Source of the DNA: Trichosphaerium sp. ATCC 40318
Lineage: Eukaryota > Protista > Tubulinea
Reading direction: 5' to 3'
Assembly (NCBI GenBank): GCA_038496445.1
Contig: JALMLS010000354.1
Span: 496,001-560,000 of the forward strand
Length of the DNA: 64,000 bases
The position numbers and the translations under genes are program-made. Below the pieces are notes generated by a model. The model made no database searches and had not been told where the DNA came from. It saw only the letters and a program-made list of their open reading frames with translations. Below are positions 52,815-64,000 of the stretch, piece by piece. Every line of letters begins with the position of its first letter. Within the stretch, counting starts at the first letter, position 1.

Positions 52815-53150
52815 ATGCCAAGAAGAGCAACGTCACCAACAAAATCCGAGCCTGTAGGCTTGAACATCACCAATCAAGGTAGAGCTGGTTCTTTCAAACA
52901 AGCTGTTCGCACGCTGCTTCAAACGCAACACGGACATATGAATATATCAGCTGAAGCTCTTACTCTCATTGACAGTTTCGCAACTCACATGCTCGGAAAG
53001 ATAACAACTGAAGCCTCTCGTAGTGTTACCCCCAATGATGGAGCAACTCGTGCTCATGTTGCCTCGGCTGCAAATACAATATTGTCAGCTGAATTATCTA
53101 GATTGACTGCATTGAATGCGCTGGAAAACGTTGTTGTAAAACAAGAATAA
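52815..53150 (+). CDS. Divergent histone H2B-like protein
   Basis: SFKQAVRTLLQTQH..NISAEALTLIDSF...KITTEASR...ILSAELSR aligns with H2B SYSIYVYKVLKQVH..GISSKAMGIMNSF...RIAGEASR...LLPGELAK. Intronless. Confidence 0.82.
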   Translation: MPRRATSPTKSEPVGLNITNQGRAGSFKQAVRTLLQTQHGHMNISAEALTLIDSFATHMLGKITTEASRSVTPNDGATRAHVASAANTILSAELSRLTALNALENVVVKQE

Positions 53151-53773
53151 ATAACTTTTGCTATTTTTAAGTGGGATTGTGATTCATCTCACATCATGCT
53201 TCATTGTCCTGCGTAACAGTGACTATTGGAGTTATTGTTACAAGTGACTTACAATACAAAATTGTATTTCTCTTTTAAGCCCATTTTATTCTTTGATTGC
53301 ATCGTCTCTTCGGATTATCACCCACCCACCATCCCGACTAAATTACAACATATACAATAACAGAAAAAACAACAAAAACTAAAAATCAAACAGGATTTCA
53401 AGTCACGTGCCAAGATGTCTGTTTTCATCTCGAAATTACTCTTTATGGTTTATTCTTTGTAAGTGGCTATAATTGTATGACCGGTAGAATAAATACGGGG
53501 TAGCCCAATTATACCCTTCTCCACCTCCTCCTATTAAGGATAAATATTAGCGTGTTATCACCAAACCCTACAATAGTATCTTGTAACAAAGCACAATAAC
53601 TATCGGCACTCATTTTCTTCCTTGTTTCGCTATAGCAAGTTCAATGCATCCTTGAGGTTTGAATAAACTCTTTGATTCTTCAACCATGTCTGTAGCAGAT
53701 TTAACTAGTTAAAATAGATTTTTTTTGCAATAGACGATAGCAGTTTATTTGAGTGCTTCAAGGTTAACTCGTG

Positions 53774-56274
53774 TTACAAACTTTTACAAATTGAATAAGA
53801 TAGTGTTAAAGATAGCAGGTATACAGTGCTAAGTGCAGTAGAAAAAGACCTAGAATGCATTGAATTAGGAGTATTTGTTGTTTGTGTTGGTTCCGAAACA
53901 GGAGGTTCGATAAATAGGTCTTCCTTGTCTAGGGCTGTATCTATACATGTCAATGGTTCTTGAATAAATTTGATAACTTCAGTATCAGGTCCGTCTAGAA
54001 GGCAATGAAATTAGTCCTTCAAAAAAAAAATGGGGTAAAGACAGAAACAACTCACCACTGTTGCCTAGAGGAGGGCTATCGCTGGCTACGAAATCATAAA
54101 TTCCGCCACAAAATAGGTACTCACTGTTTCCATAAGCACAATATCTATTCAGGTTCAAGGAGATGAGATCTTCTTTTTAGGAAATATGTTAAACTAGTAC
54201 CTCATTTTCGGCATTGCCGGATAGTATATCAAGTATGCTTGGCACATCTCCTCTGAAGAAGCACCACCTATGGAGATGTTTGTACTGGAGCTCTCAGTAT
54301 TGAAATAGCAGTGTAAATTAATGCGGTCACCCCGGGATATAGTGTAGTTGACAGGTGTAAATTGTTGGAACGCTAAAGAGTCAAAGACGTAAGCAACAAA
54401 AAAATCAAAACGTTCCCATACCGAAATCCCAAAAGTTAATCCGATTAGATGACGCAACAACTTGACCGTCACGTGTTATCTTTGTATAAATCTTCGACCC
54501 TTTTAGCTCGTTAGTTCTTAAACACGTGTTGTGCTAGTACTACCATATTCATGCATGTGCAAGAAGCTTCCTATGACTGTAATCTCGTTTTCTGTCCATT
54601 GATCACTTGCCGTGCATGCCGGAGAGCATGTAGTTTCAATATGATGCTACAAAAATAAGCAATGGTGCTAAGCACTTTTCCAAATAGTAAAAATCACGTA
54701 CATCTATAGATTTAGCAGGAATAGGTGGTAGTTCTAGAACCGGATCACCAATGCTTATAACCCCAGCTTCAGTAGGTCTGAGCTTTGTGGTAGTAAAAGC
54801 AGCAATGCCTGAACTAGAAACAGTTTTAGACATGTTGAGGGATGGTTTAGCCTCTGCGTACTTGTCACGAACACCAGTATCAAGGCTAGGATTGTCATAG
54901 TGAATTTCGACAACCAAATCTGTTGCGTCCATTGGACCTCCCATGGGAATGCCTGTATAGTTTTTGTGAGACAAGAACGTAGGTTTAGTATAGAGTACTT
55001 ACCAACATTTTCAGGGAGTTTGTATGCAAGACCACCTTTTGCCCATCCCCACACCATCATACACCCAAAGGTGCCCTTAACCTGCGTTCAGTATAAACAG
55101 TTATATTGCTCTTATTGTACCTGAGGCGATTCACATTCAGTACCAGAGCCAGCTAATGTTGCAAGATAAGCGATAACATAGCAAGTTCTGAGCAATCATG
55201 AAATAGCATATGATGTACATATTTCTCGTTGTCAATCACAGGTTCAAACTTTCATATAAAGTTAACTAGACAATAAAATCCTCCTTTAGCTCGTACCATT
55301 ATTGCATGAACTTTTGTAACGTTAGATATTTTCCTGTATTTGCATGAATAGATTGTATCTTTTGCTGGAATTTCATAGTCTGAAAACACGTGAATAAGTT
55401 AAAAAAAAACACTGTATGACTTTATAATGTAGTACCGTCCATAACAAAAGACTCTTTTACTGATCCAGTTGGTACTGTAAGCGGAGAATCACCATAAAAC
55501 ACAATAGCACTAGCAACTAAAAAAGAAAACAGTTAAGTCATAGCACCAACGGCACTAGCTTACCTTTGTTTTGTCCATGGTATGAGAATGTATCACTTTG
55601 ACCCCAAGCAGCTACAACTCTATTCACTCCAGTAGTAATAGCCCTATCCTATTTAACAGAGATCAGCAACAGAAAGTTCTAAGGCAGATAAAAAATCGTA
55701 CGTTTTGGTCTTTTGTATCAAGCTTTCTCCTCACTTCAATTATTGTACTCGAGTTGTATTGTTCCCCAGAAATAATTTTCCAATGCTGACAAGAGTCTCT
55801 TATTGGTGTAACACCAGTCTAAAGATAAATAAGCTCAACGATCATCAAGAAATCGTAGTGTACTTTAGTACAGTACATATCGTTTACTTCACATCTACCA
55901 GTGTTGTCTAAACAATAGCAGTCAATACAAACGCAAAATACATCAACTAATACCATCAACAAAGCCATAGACCATGTCAGCACCGCCCATGCTAAAAAAC
56001 TTAAGTGTCAACAACAAAAGTTCTGGTGCAACTTATAAATCACGTGCCTCCCGCTTGTAGGTTCCCAATACCAAAAGAAATGTATCCAGTTGTTTTTACT
56101 TCAAACGCCATGTTTATTTCGTCGTTTGCTTCATCAACCCTCCAGAATAGTGTAAAAGTCGCGTGATAAAACTTGTTTGTTCGGGTATGACATTGGATCG
56201 AATTCAGCCGATACTAACAAGTACGGTAGTATACAAAAGAAAGCAGTTAACAGATGATGAGTTGTGGTAGTCAT
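53774..56274 (-). CDS. DOMON plus copper type II ascorbate-dependent monooxygenase (MOXD1/DBH-like), possibly GPI-anchored
   Basis: Signal peptide, MGGADMV, YVHHMLFH, WGWAKGG, EIHYDNP, LHMHEYG, EEMC and a hydrophobic C-terminus. Homopolymer frameshift near 56155. Confidence 0.9.
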
Positions 56275-57019
56275 TGTGGTTGTTAATGTTGTATGCCTTG
56301 ATTACAATTTTGCTAATTTTATTTTTCATATAAAATGCATTGTCGGGTTGACAACACGTGTCGTAAACGCTGTATTTATGGGTTCTTATTGTTTTGAGAA
56401 ATATTCAGGTACAGTGACACGCGCCATGTAACTCACAAGGAGAATCTCAACAGCCATTTAGATTCTGTTTTAGAGGGAGCTACCTACGTAAGCTTAATGG
56501 AGAAACCTGGTTGTTACGAATGTCAGCGCATAGTTGGCCACAGTGTGCTACAAAAAGGTATCCTCGCAGCTACTCCTGTTTGTTGTCGAGCCATAGCTAC
56601 GCCTTGTATACGTAAGTGATTAAAACAAATCAAGCATTGCAGTAGAAGAAACAAGACTTACAAAGAAAATTCGTGATCGCACTAGATCGCTATCAAACGA
56701 ATCTTAACAAAGCAGGATTTGAAACTTCGTATTCAAGCTACGCTAATAAACGGCTATAGTTTTAATCAAATATGTAGTAACTATCCTTTAATCTAAATCT
56801 TTTTTTACAAATTCTAATTCCGTGCCAAAAGTTGTAAGCATCAATGTTATTTTCTTGGTAGCGAGTTACAAGACGATCCTATAGAGGCGCTATATGTTGC
56901 AGACTTCCTACCGTAGCATGTAGTTTAAGATAAATGTAGGAGAAGGAGATCCAGAGGTATCTAATATCTCCAAGCACTGCAATGGTCTAGTCAACATTGC
57001 AGTTTATCGATCAGCTAAC

Positions 57020-57400
57020 TGGTATTTTCCATTAGATGGCCACTCCTTGGTTCACCATGTCGTTAGTCATTAACCCGTGACCTGAATCTCAAGTTGTCTG
57101 TTCTCATACCAGCGTTTACTTCACCATTACCATTGATAGTTACGTGTACTGCTGGCTTGATGTCCATTCTTTACAAACCATTTCTTTCGTGTGACTTTAC
57201 TTTTACACCTTTATACCATCGTATCCATGTTCCTTTTCTTTCTAGCGTTACATCAAAAAGTGTGTTGGTTGCTGCTCTCTTTGATAGAAGTGGAATTTTG
57301 TGATGAATACTTCCAAATTGAAGGTACAAAACATGAGTTTGAAGTTCACGTGGAATCGATATAACCAAGTTTACGATCCGGTTGTTTGAACTTGAAAGAC
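57020..57400 (-). pseudogene. Degraded paralog of the F-box/MORN gene at 22281
   Basis: KIPLLSKRAATNTLFDVTLERKGTW resembles KWPLLSKRTATATRFNYYLEKHGKW. A remnant RWYENRQL lies among several stops. Confidence 0.65.
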
Positions 57401-57615
57401 TTAGAAAAAAAAAAATGTTAAATACAGCACAAGCACAATAATATTGCAAAGTCTCACACAAACAAAAAAGGTGTCCTGTACTCGTATCAATGCATCGCTA
57501 CTGGTTTGAACTATTTGGAAAACTGTCAGACACGGTCTTGCGGAAGTTATGATGAAAGCTGACAAAGTCAAGAAATGTCGCGAAACGACATTCAGCTACA
57601 GCCTTAAAACTGTTA

Positions 57616-59645
57616 ATGAAGCGAAAGCTAGGAACGAGTGAAACTACAGCATCAAAAAAACGCAAAATGGAGCCTTGGCAAGTTTTACAAAAGACACTAT
57701 CAGCGGAAGAAGCTGCAAACGCACCAGAAATACTCGAAGATAACTTTTTAGAGGTTTTATTAACGTTTTCTCAACGAAATAACGCTTATTCCTTTACAAG
57801 GCTTTTGCGTATCCTCTTAAGCCTGAAGAGTTCATGTCGAGCGTATACAAGCGTAATATACCGCTTGTAGTACGCGGTTCAGGAATAAAACGCATCCAGA
57901 CGCTTATAGATGACTACATGTTCGAGTTAGACACTGAAGAGCTTCTAAGCAACTCTGCTTCGGATAGCATACACTTATGGTTCAAAGTACACAGAAACAC
58001 ATCACAATAATCCCTAAACGCAACAGGAAGGAGAAAACGGCGAATTAGAGAGCGAAGAGCTTACATCAATAAAAGTAGCCATGATGTGCCATAAAAGCGG
58101 CGGAACGCTTTACTTTCGGTATGTTACGCGTATTCTTAGATGTAGACAAACGAACTAACAAAAAAACTCTTCAAGTCCTTCAGAAACGATGGAAGCAGCG
58201 TTTGTTAATGGGTGCGCACGTGACCTTGGAATGAACTTTGCTCAAATCTATCCTGATGGTAAAGACAAGGTACATAAAGTGATTTTGCTTTTTGGGGTTT
58301 TTTTCGGTTACAATTAACGTACTGACTTTGGTGAAGGGTGAGATCGAGGTTTTCATGTCAAAGCGAGGTCACTTTACACCTTATCATTTTGATTTTATGC
58401 AAAACTTCACAATTCAGTTGAAAGGAAGTAAGACGTGGAAGCTTGCTGATAGTGGTGTTCATTCCCCTATAAGAGGCTGGACACCACATTACTTTCAGCC
58501 AGATAATCTAGAACAACAGATGAAGCTTCATAAACTACACAATCCGTAAGCATCATCCTCGCTGATTCACGTTTTACCAATTTTTTATTTTCTTCGACAG
58601 AGAGTTCAGCGGTGAACCGCCTGCAGATGATCAATTCACATCAATCACATTGGAACCAGGAGACGTCCTTTACCACCCACCAGGAGTCTGGCATAGCGTG
58701 AGGTAAGATTCAGATCAAAAGAGTCGAGGTTCATGTTTTTTTGTATAGTGCTGGTGCTGACTCTATATCGATTAATATATCTTTGGTTGGCTCCACTTGG
58801 AGTGATATCCTAATGAATGGACTTCAAATGTCCCTATGGAAACAAAAGAGCTTTAGAAGCTTTGCTCATAGTATGCATGATGTTGAGAAAATGCATAAAC
58901 AAGCGACTGATATGCTAGAACAATTTAAAGCGTATGAATACTTTGTTTGTTTTTTGTTGGCTTTTTTTTTCAGTGGAGCACCTAGTTGACTTAATGCTTA
59001 TTTAGGCAAGTTGCACAACTCAAAGTAGAAGATATATTACCCCCTGGTATACTACAGAATAGAGGAGAAGTAGTTAATGTATCAAGAGAAAGCGTTAACA
59101 ATGAACTAAAAGAAGATACTAAATTTCAGTTAAATCCACTTTCTGTAATTATGCGCGAAACTTCACCTCCTGAAGAAGAAGGTATGTTTTTAGCAATCAA
59201 TTAAAAGTCTTTTGGTTAACATCCTATCTAGATATGGAAGAGCACATGGACGAAGGTTTTAAGAATTATATGGCTACTATGGGTAGAGCAATGCCAGACG
59301 AAGAAGATGAAGATGACGATGATGTTGAATCCGAATATTTTGGAATACAAGCTGGGTACACCCTTTTGTTAATATTTATATTGTTCTAGTTGTGTGCATT
59401 TGCTAACAAGTGTTGTATTAAGCTATGGTAATCAAGATATTGTTACAGAGTATCATGTTGTTCTACAAGTTCCTGAAACAGTAGCACCTATTTTACTTTG
59501 GATAAGAAGTCAAGGATCTTCTGTATTCACAATGAAGAAAGCAGTTGAAGAAAGTAATGTTAAAGTAGAAGATGATACCATAATCAATAAGTTATTTGAT
59601 CAACTTATTTTTAATGGTGCGATACACAAGTCACAACAAAAATAG
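57616..59645 (+). CDS. JmjC/cupin 2-oxoglutarate Fe(II) oxygenase (ribosomal oxygenase-like)
   Basis: TPYHFDFMQNFTIQLKGSKTWK and LEPGDVLYHPPGVWH give the HxD...H triad. Confidence 0.88.
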
Positions 59646-59874
59646 AATAAAAATAAATCAATCTCCTCATAACTCTTTCTGTTTTCTTTGCATATAATGT
59701 TACACGGTATTTCAGAGAGCGTAGTATTCACAAAGTATACAAGGTGTATATTTGAGAGAAATTACATGGCACCATGGAGTAGGACATCATTAAGATGGTA
59801 CACAAAACGTTTTGTTAAACAAATACAGCTGAAAGTCCTTGTTCTACTTATTTTCCATTAGCCTAACACGTTTC

Positions 59875-61158
59875 CTAGTGTGCCATTTGGTCCCAATAGT
59901 TTCTGCTTGCATTCACGTCATTTTTACCCAAAATAAGCTTTGACGACATCAAAAAAGAGTTCAAGTAAATGGTATTAACATCATAGCCCATGGTGACTGT
60001 CGCATTGTTAAAACGATTCTGTCTGACAGTAGATCCATAGCCAATTTCCACAGATCCGTAAAAATCATTGTCGTAAAGGTTAGAGTGTAGATACTTTACA
60101 GCAGTTTTTTCTGCTGCTGTAAACGAGTTACCATGTAATATCGTCGGTTGATACGGAGGGTCTCTGATATTATCTGTTACTATAAGCCTGTCACGTGCAT
60201 CAACAATATTGTCAAAGAATGGACCACCGTTAATGTAGATAGTAGAGTCGTTAACTGTTGTTTTGAATGTTGAAGTTTTGACACTTTGCCAAGGGTATAC
60301 GTGGATAGAGTCCCTGGCACTGCTTGAAAAATGATGAGACGCAGATGTAAAGGTAGAGTTCTTAGATCCAAAAATAGATACGAAATCCCAATCAGCACCA
60401 GGTGCTTGTCCAATCTTAACTTCACATGAATCGAATATCCCATACACGGAGTGTCCGGATGAGTTATCATTGTTTAAGAGGATTGTATTTATAAAATGAC
60501 ATGGACAAGGTTCGCTTCTGTACACATCTACTTCTGTGTTCGTAAAGACGATCAGAGTTGAGTTTTCAACTGTAACATTGTGCTTCATTGGCCTAAACGT
60601 CGTGAACTGTGTTCTAAGTGCATGTATTGAAGTAAAGTAGCTCCACCCTGTGACAGACGCGAAATCGAATGTTGAATCTTCTATTTTCATGTCTTTCATC
60701 GTACTTGGTTTCAATCCTCTCATGTACACTGACTGTAAGCTTCCAAATTGGGCGTTTAATGGTGCTGGTCCTGTATCATCGAATTGAAATAGGTACTTGC
60801 ATTTGCTGACGATATTGGGATTCCATTCAACACGTGCTTGATGAGTGGAGTTTCCAATAATCTCTAGACGAGCTTTTCCTTTGAAAATAATTGTTTCGTT
60901 GTTGTTGTGTTGCCCATGATTATCTGATGAGGGTATACAAAAAGGAGAGCTAGCGACAACCAGAGTAGCGCCAGGTTCGATGGTTAATACTGCGTTTACA
61001 ACATAGATGGTTCCGTTGGCATAGTATGGGCTTTCAGCGGCTGTTAAGAACGTGTTGGTGTTATAAATGCCATGAAGTATTGTGTCAGAGGTTACACGCG
61101 GTACTATTGTCACAATGACCAGAGCTGTTATTATCGTATGTGAGAGGCGTTGCCACAT
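59875..61158 (-). CDS. Secreted parallel beta-helix (pectin-lyase-fold-like) protein
   Basis: 427-aa ORF with signal peptide, SPYY...LTIEPGATL, Asn-rich periodic strands and NASRNYW. Confidence 0.65.
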   Translation of the reverse strand: MWQRLSHTIITALVIVTIVPRVTSDTILHGIYNTNTFLTAAESPYYANGTIYVVNAVLTIEPGATLVVASSPFCIPSSDNHGQHNNNETIIFKGKARLEIIGNSTHQARVEWNPNIVSKCKYLFQFDDTGPAPLNAQFGSLQSVYMRGLKPSTMKDMKIEDSTFDFASVTGWSYFTSIHALRTQFTTFRPMKHNVTVENSTLIVFTNTEVDVYRSEPCPCHFINTILLNNDNSSGHSVYGIFDSCEVKIGQAPGADWDFVSIFGSKNSTFTSASHHFSSSARDSIHVYPWQSVKTSTFKTTVNDSTIYINGGPFFDNIVDARDRLIVTDNIRDPPYQPTILHGNSFTAAEKTAVKYLHSNLYDNDFYGSVEIGYGSTVRQNRFNNATVTMGYDVNTIYLNSFLMSSKLILGKNDVNASRNYWDQMAH

Positions 61159-62082
61159 TTGTACACTTTACAATATATTGTTCTTTGGAATACCAACTTA
61201 GGCGAAAGAAACAAGCAGCACAAGCAAGTGTTTTATGAGGTTTTGTTTGCCACCAAGGCTGTTTCACTGATTATTTATTTTATTGTGCTGCACAAATCAC
61301 GTGATTTCTTAGAAATATATCTTAACGTATGTTGTGAGATATCTATGAATAAGATGCCTCAAGAAATTGATTGACAATTGTACGAGTTTTCCAGAGACAA
61401 ATTGGTGGCAAAGTCTTGTAAACAGCCAGTTGCATGTGATTGTAAATCACCTCTTTGTTGGCCTCCAAAACAATTAGTGCAGCGCTGGCGGTGCATTTTA
61501 TTGGCATTACTGTATTGTCTTCACTGCTAGATACATTTTCGAATACGTCCATAAAATATGACTAACACCACAAACCCATGCCATTTGTACGATTATTGAT
61601 GTGTACGGTTGAGAGTAACATTCAATTTGGTATCAATAAGTGCAAAATTTAGGTTAAAATAAAGGACAGGGCATGAACGCAAAAAAGTAGCCAACAGCGG
61701 AAATTTACTGTTTTCCATTTCTATTATCACGTGCCATATTCATTCACTATGATAAGCAAGAATAGAATTGAACGCACCTCAGATGTTGCTGTCAAGGGTT
61801 TAGGTACGCAGTTTTGATAGTCCACGTGGCGGAGCTCGTGCTAAAAACAGGTTTAAATTCTTACCTTTTCCGTTGTCTTTATTGTCCGTGGGCTATTTCA
61901 CAAGCAATTTGTTCTCAGAACAGAACAAAACGGCTCATTTTGGTTCGTTAGAAACACGTGATGACAATTCGAAATTATATTCCGTAGTCCGAATATTAAA
62001 ACAACTAGCAGACTGCGGGGTCAAAATAATTAAACCCCGAAATGCCTTGTTACGTCACGTGATACAAAAAAGGAATAAGGTA

Positions 62083-64000
62083 ATGCAAAGCTCTTCTTTT
62101 CTATTCTATTTCTTGTCAAGTACGTACATTCTTTTCGGAGCTTAGTACCGATGTTGTCCTTTAGCGAGCCTTACACTTCTTTTAGTCCTAATTGGCTTAC
62201 CACACGTGTATTCAATAATTGAAGGGGTATCACCAATCAACATGGTAAATAAAACAATTCAAATATGGCCACAAAAATACAGTGGTAACACTGTAGACTT
62301 TGATCCTATCATAGGAGAGTTAGTAGATACAACAGATACAAACAAAACAGGTAAGTTAAAATTACCAACACTTTTTATATCGAAGTGTTTTAAAAACACC
62401 GAATCAGTGTTCAAGGGACATTAGGCAAGATAGTACTGATAAGGGACTGTAAAAGACCATACGAACCTAAATTTCGCACTCTTATTTTTGAAGGAGCTAA
62501 GGCTATTTTGTGTTCGCTTGCTGGACGCCCAAGCGATGTACCTGGGAACGTATGACCTTCACAAATCAATATTAAACTCAACTCATGTCAACACAGGAGA
62601 TGTACGCTATTGATGGAAGTGATCGCTCTAGTTTGACAGTACCAATTGCTACAGTCGTTACTAAGGATATAGAGGAGATATTTAGTGCAAACGGAACGAT
62701 TATTATCCGGGTTATTACAGGTATGCAAAATTTTTGTTTGAAACAAAACAAATGTCAATCAAAAGCACTTACATTCTCCGATAAGAACCGAACGAATTTA
62801 TGCAAGTCTATGAATCTATGTGGTTGTGGCTATGGCAAGTGTCTTTGACTTGTGTAATATTCGGCAATATTGTATTCGCATCCTACAGGCACGTCATTTC
62901 GAACAGACATGTGCCATTTTATTTGTAAAGCTCATGAAAACAATCAACTGTAGCGCCTTTGTCGCTGGTAGAATGCTTTCATTTTTTTAGCACTCTATGT
63001 TACCTATTTTGTGTTAATTACTTCTGATGAAGCCTCTATGAGCTAAACTGTCTTAGATTGCTTCAGCTTCTTTCATTTTACAGAAGGTTTAAAATTTCTA
63101 TTGGCGTTGTGAGTGTGGTAATATGTCTCACTTCATCTTTGTGTACAGATCATATAATATAAATGTAGCTTACTTTTTTTATATTCTAGTTATGTTCCTT
63201 GGTCTATCTATAGATCCTTTTGGAAGTCGCCAAATAATGCCATGGTGGATGAGGAATTTTTTATTTTCGTTGCCTCTACCTTTTGTTATTGCTCCACTCT
63301 TTCTCATGGCACTGTGGTGGTATGCTTCAGTGCTATAGTGTATATAATACTTATTATATCTAGGCACTCGTTACTTGTATCGCTAAAATTTCAAGTACAT
63401 CCAGGACTTCCGAAATTCAAGTAAGTTAAATTCTGATTTTTTTCTTGCTATTGAAACTCCTTTTGTACTAACAATTGTGGTGCTAAAGGTGGGTTGTTTA
63501 TATCTGGATATTTATTCTTTTATTTCAACAAACAATGTTTGGAATCCTTACTTCATTGAAGCTGGTGAGCCTTTATTTCAGAAGAACTAATTTATTTACT
63601 CTTTTCTAGTTGCCAAGAATAGTATTCGTATTGTCAACACCAACGATTACTTTTATTTCGTTTGTCGCTGTTCTAGTCTATTGCATAGTAACATTATACC
63701 TTTTGAGAAAACGTGTTAAGAAAGTTAAACTTCAAAGCAAAGAGCAAAGGATACAACTACGAAGGGTACAACAAGTTGAATGTTATCAACTAACATCTAC
63801 GTTCAGATTCGATTCAGTCTTTCTGCTGTATCTGTATCACTGGCAGTAATGATAGCGTTATTTCTATGCTTCTTGTACAGATACTCAGTGTTACGCAAAA
63901 CTAACAATTACTTAAGGGCAGACATCTCATTTCCTGTGATTGAGGTTGTTTACTACTGGTTCTTATGGTTAGGCATGGCTGCGCTTGTCACTATTGAGCT
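62083..64000 (+). CDS. Membrane protein with PA-like ectodomain and several TM helices; truncated at the window end
   Basis: EGAKAIL...DVPG...LTVPIATV is PA-like, followed by TM exons (SIDPFGSRQIMPWW, LWW). Confidence 0.6.

Noticed and set aside
22281-53150. Endogenous giant-virus insertion
   Set aside because: No viral hallmark genes (capsid, packaging ATPase, polB). The virus-like genes are scattered among intron-rich host genes.
55992-56047. Another GCACGTG GC-AG donor in the DOMON gene
   Set aside because: Ambiguous. It needs a 1-nt indel upstream (giving GIGEPTSGSM), while a GT donor 4 nt downstream keeps frame with no correction.
1293-56160. Apparent programmed frameshifts at about 1293, 13307 and 56155
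   Set aside because: All sit in homopolymer runs, which is typical of long-read consensus error.
56940-57000. LEILDTSG on the minus strand, resembling a Ras G3 region
   Set aside because: Too short, and surrounded by stops without other GTPase motifs.
1-64000. Alternative genetic code or stop-codon readthrough to explain the short ORFs
   Set aside because: Short introns explain the fragmentation. TAA, TAG and TGA all end genes, and long exons are stop-free under the standard code.

Overview
This is AT-rich (about 35% GC by eye) eukaryotic nuclear DNA, gene-dense, with many short (about 40-170 nt) spliceosomal introns, so the ORF track only shows exon fragments. The gene content suggests a free-living, probably marine, amoebozoan-type protist (inference only). 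Recognisable genes: two tandem BTB/POZ paralogs, a large helical-repeat protein ending in PHF5-like Zn fingers, ATG27/M6PR-like receptor, GH16-ricin glycosidase, FluG-type amidohydrolase, class C GPCR, CLC-6/7 chloride exchanger, KNL2/M18BP1, DipZ-like redoxin-glutaredoxin fusion, polycystin-2-like channel, divergent histone H2B, DOMON-copper monooxygenase, JmjC hydroxylase, and about 8 F-box-like loci. Main findings: (1) an apparent histone H4-H3 doublet fused between an F-box-like motif and a BTB domain; (2) a splice-donor consensus of GYACGT (C at +4), with at least five GC-AG introns all starting GCACGT; (3) about 60 copies of CACGTG against about 6-7 expected. Several homopolymer frameshifts look like assembly errors. 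Gene models were assembled by hand, so their ends are approximate.
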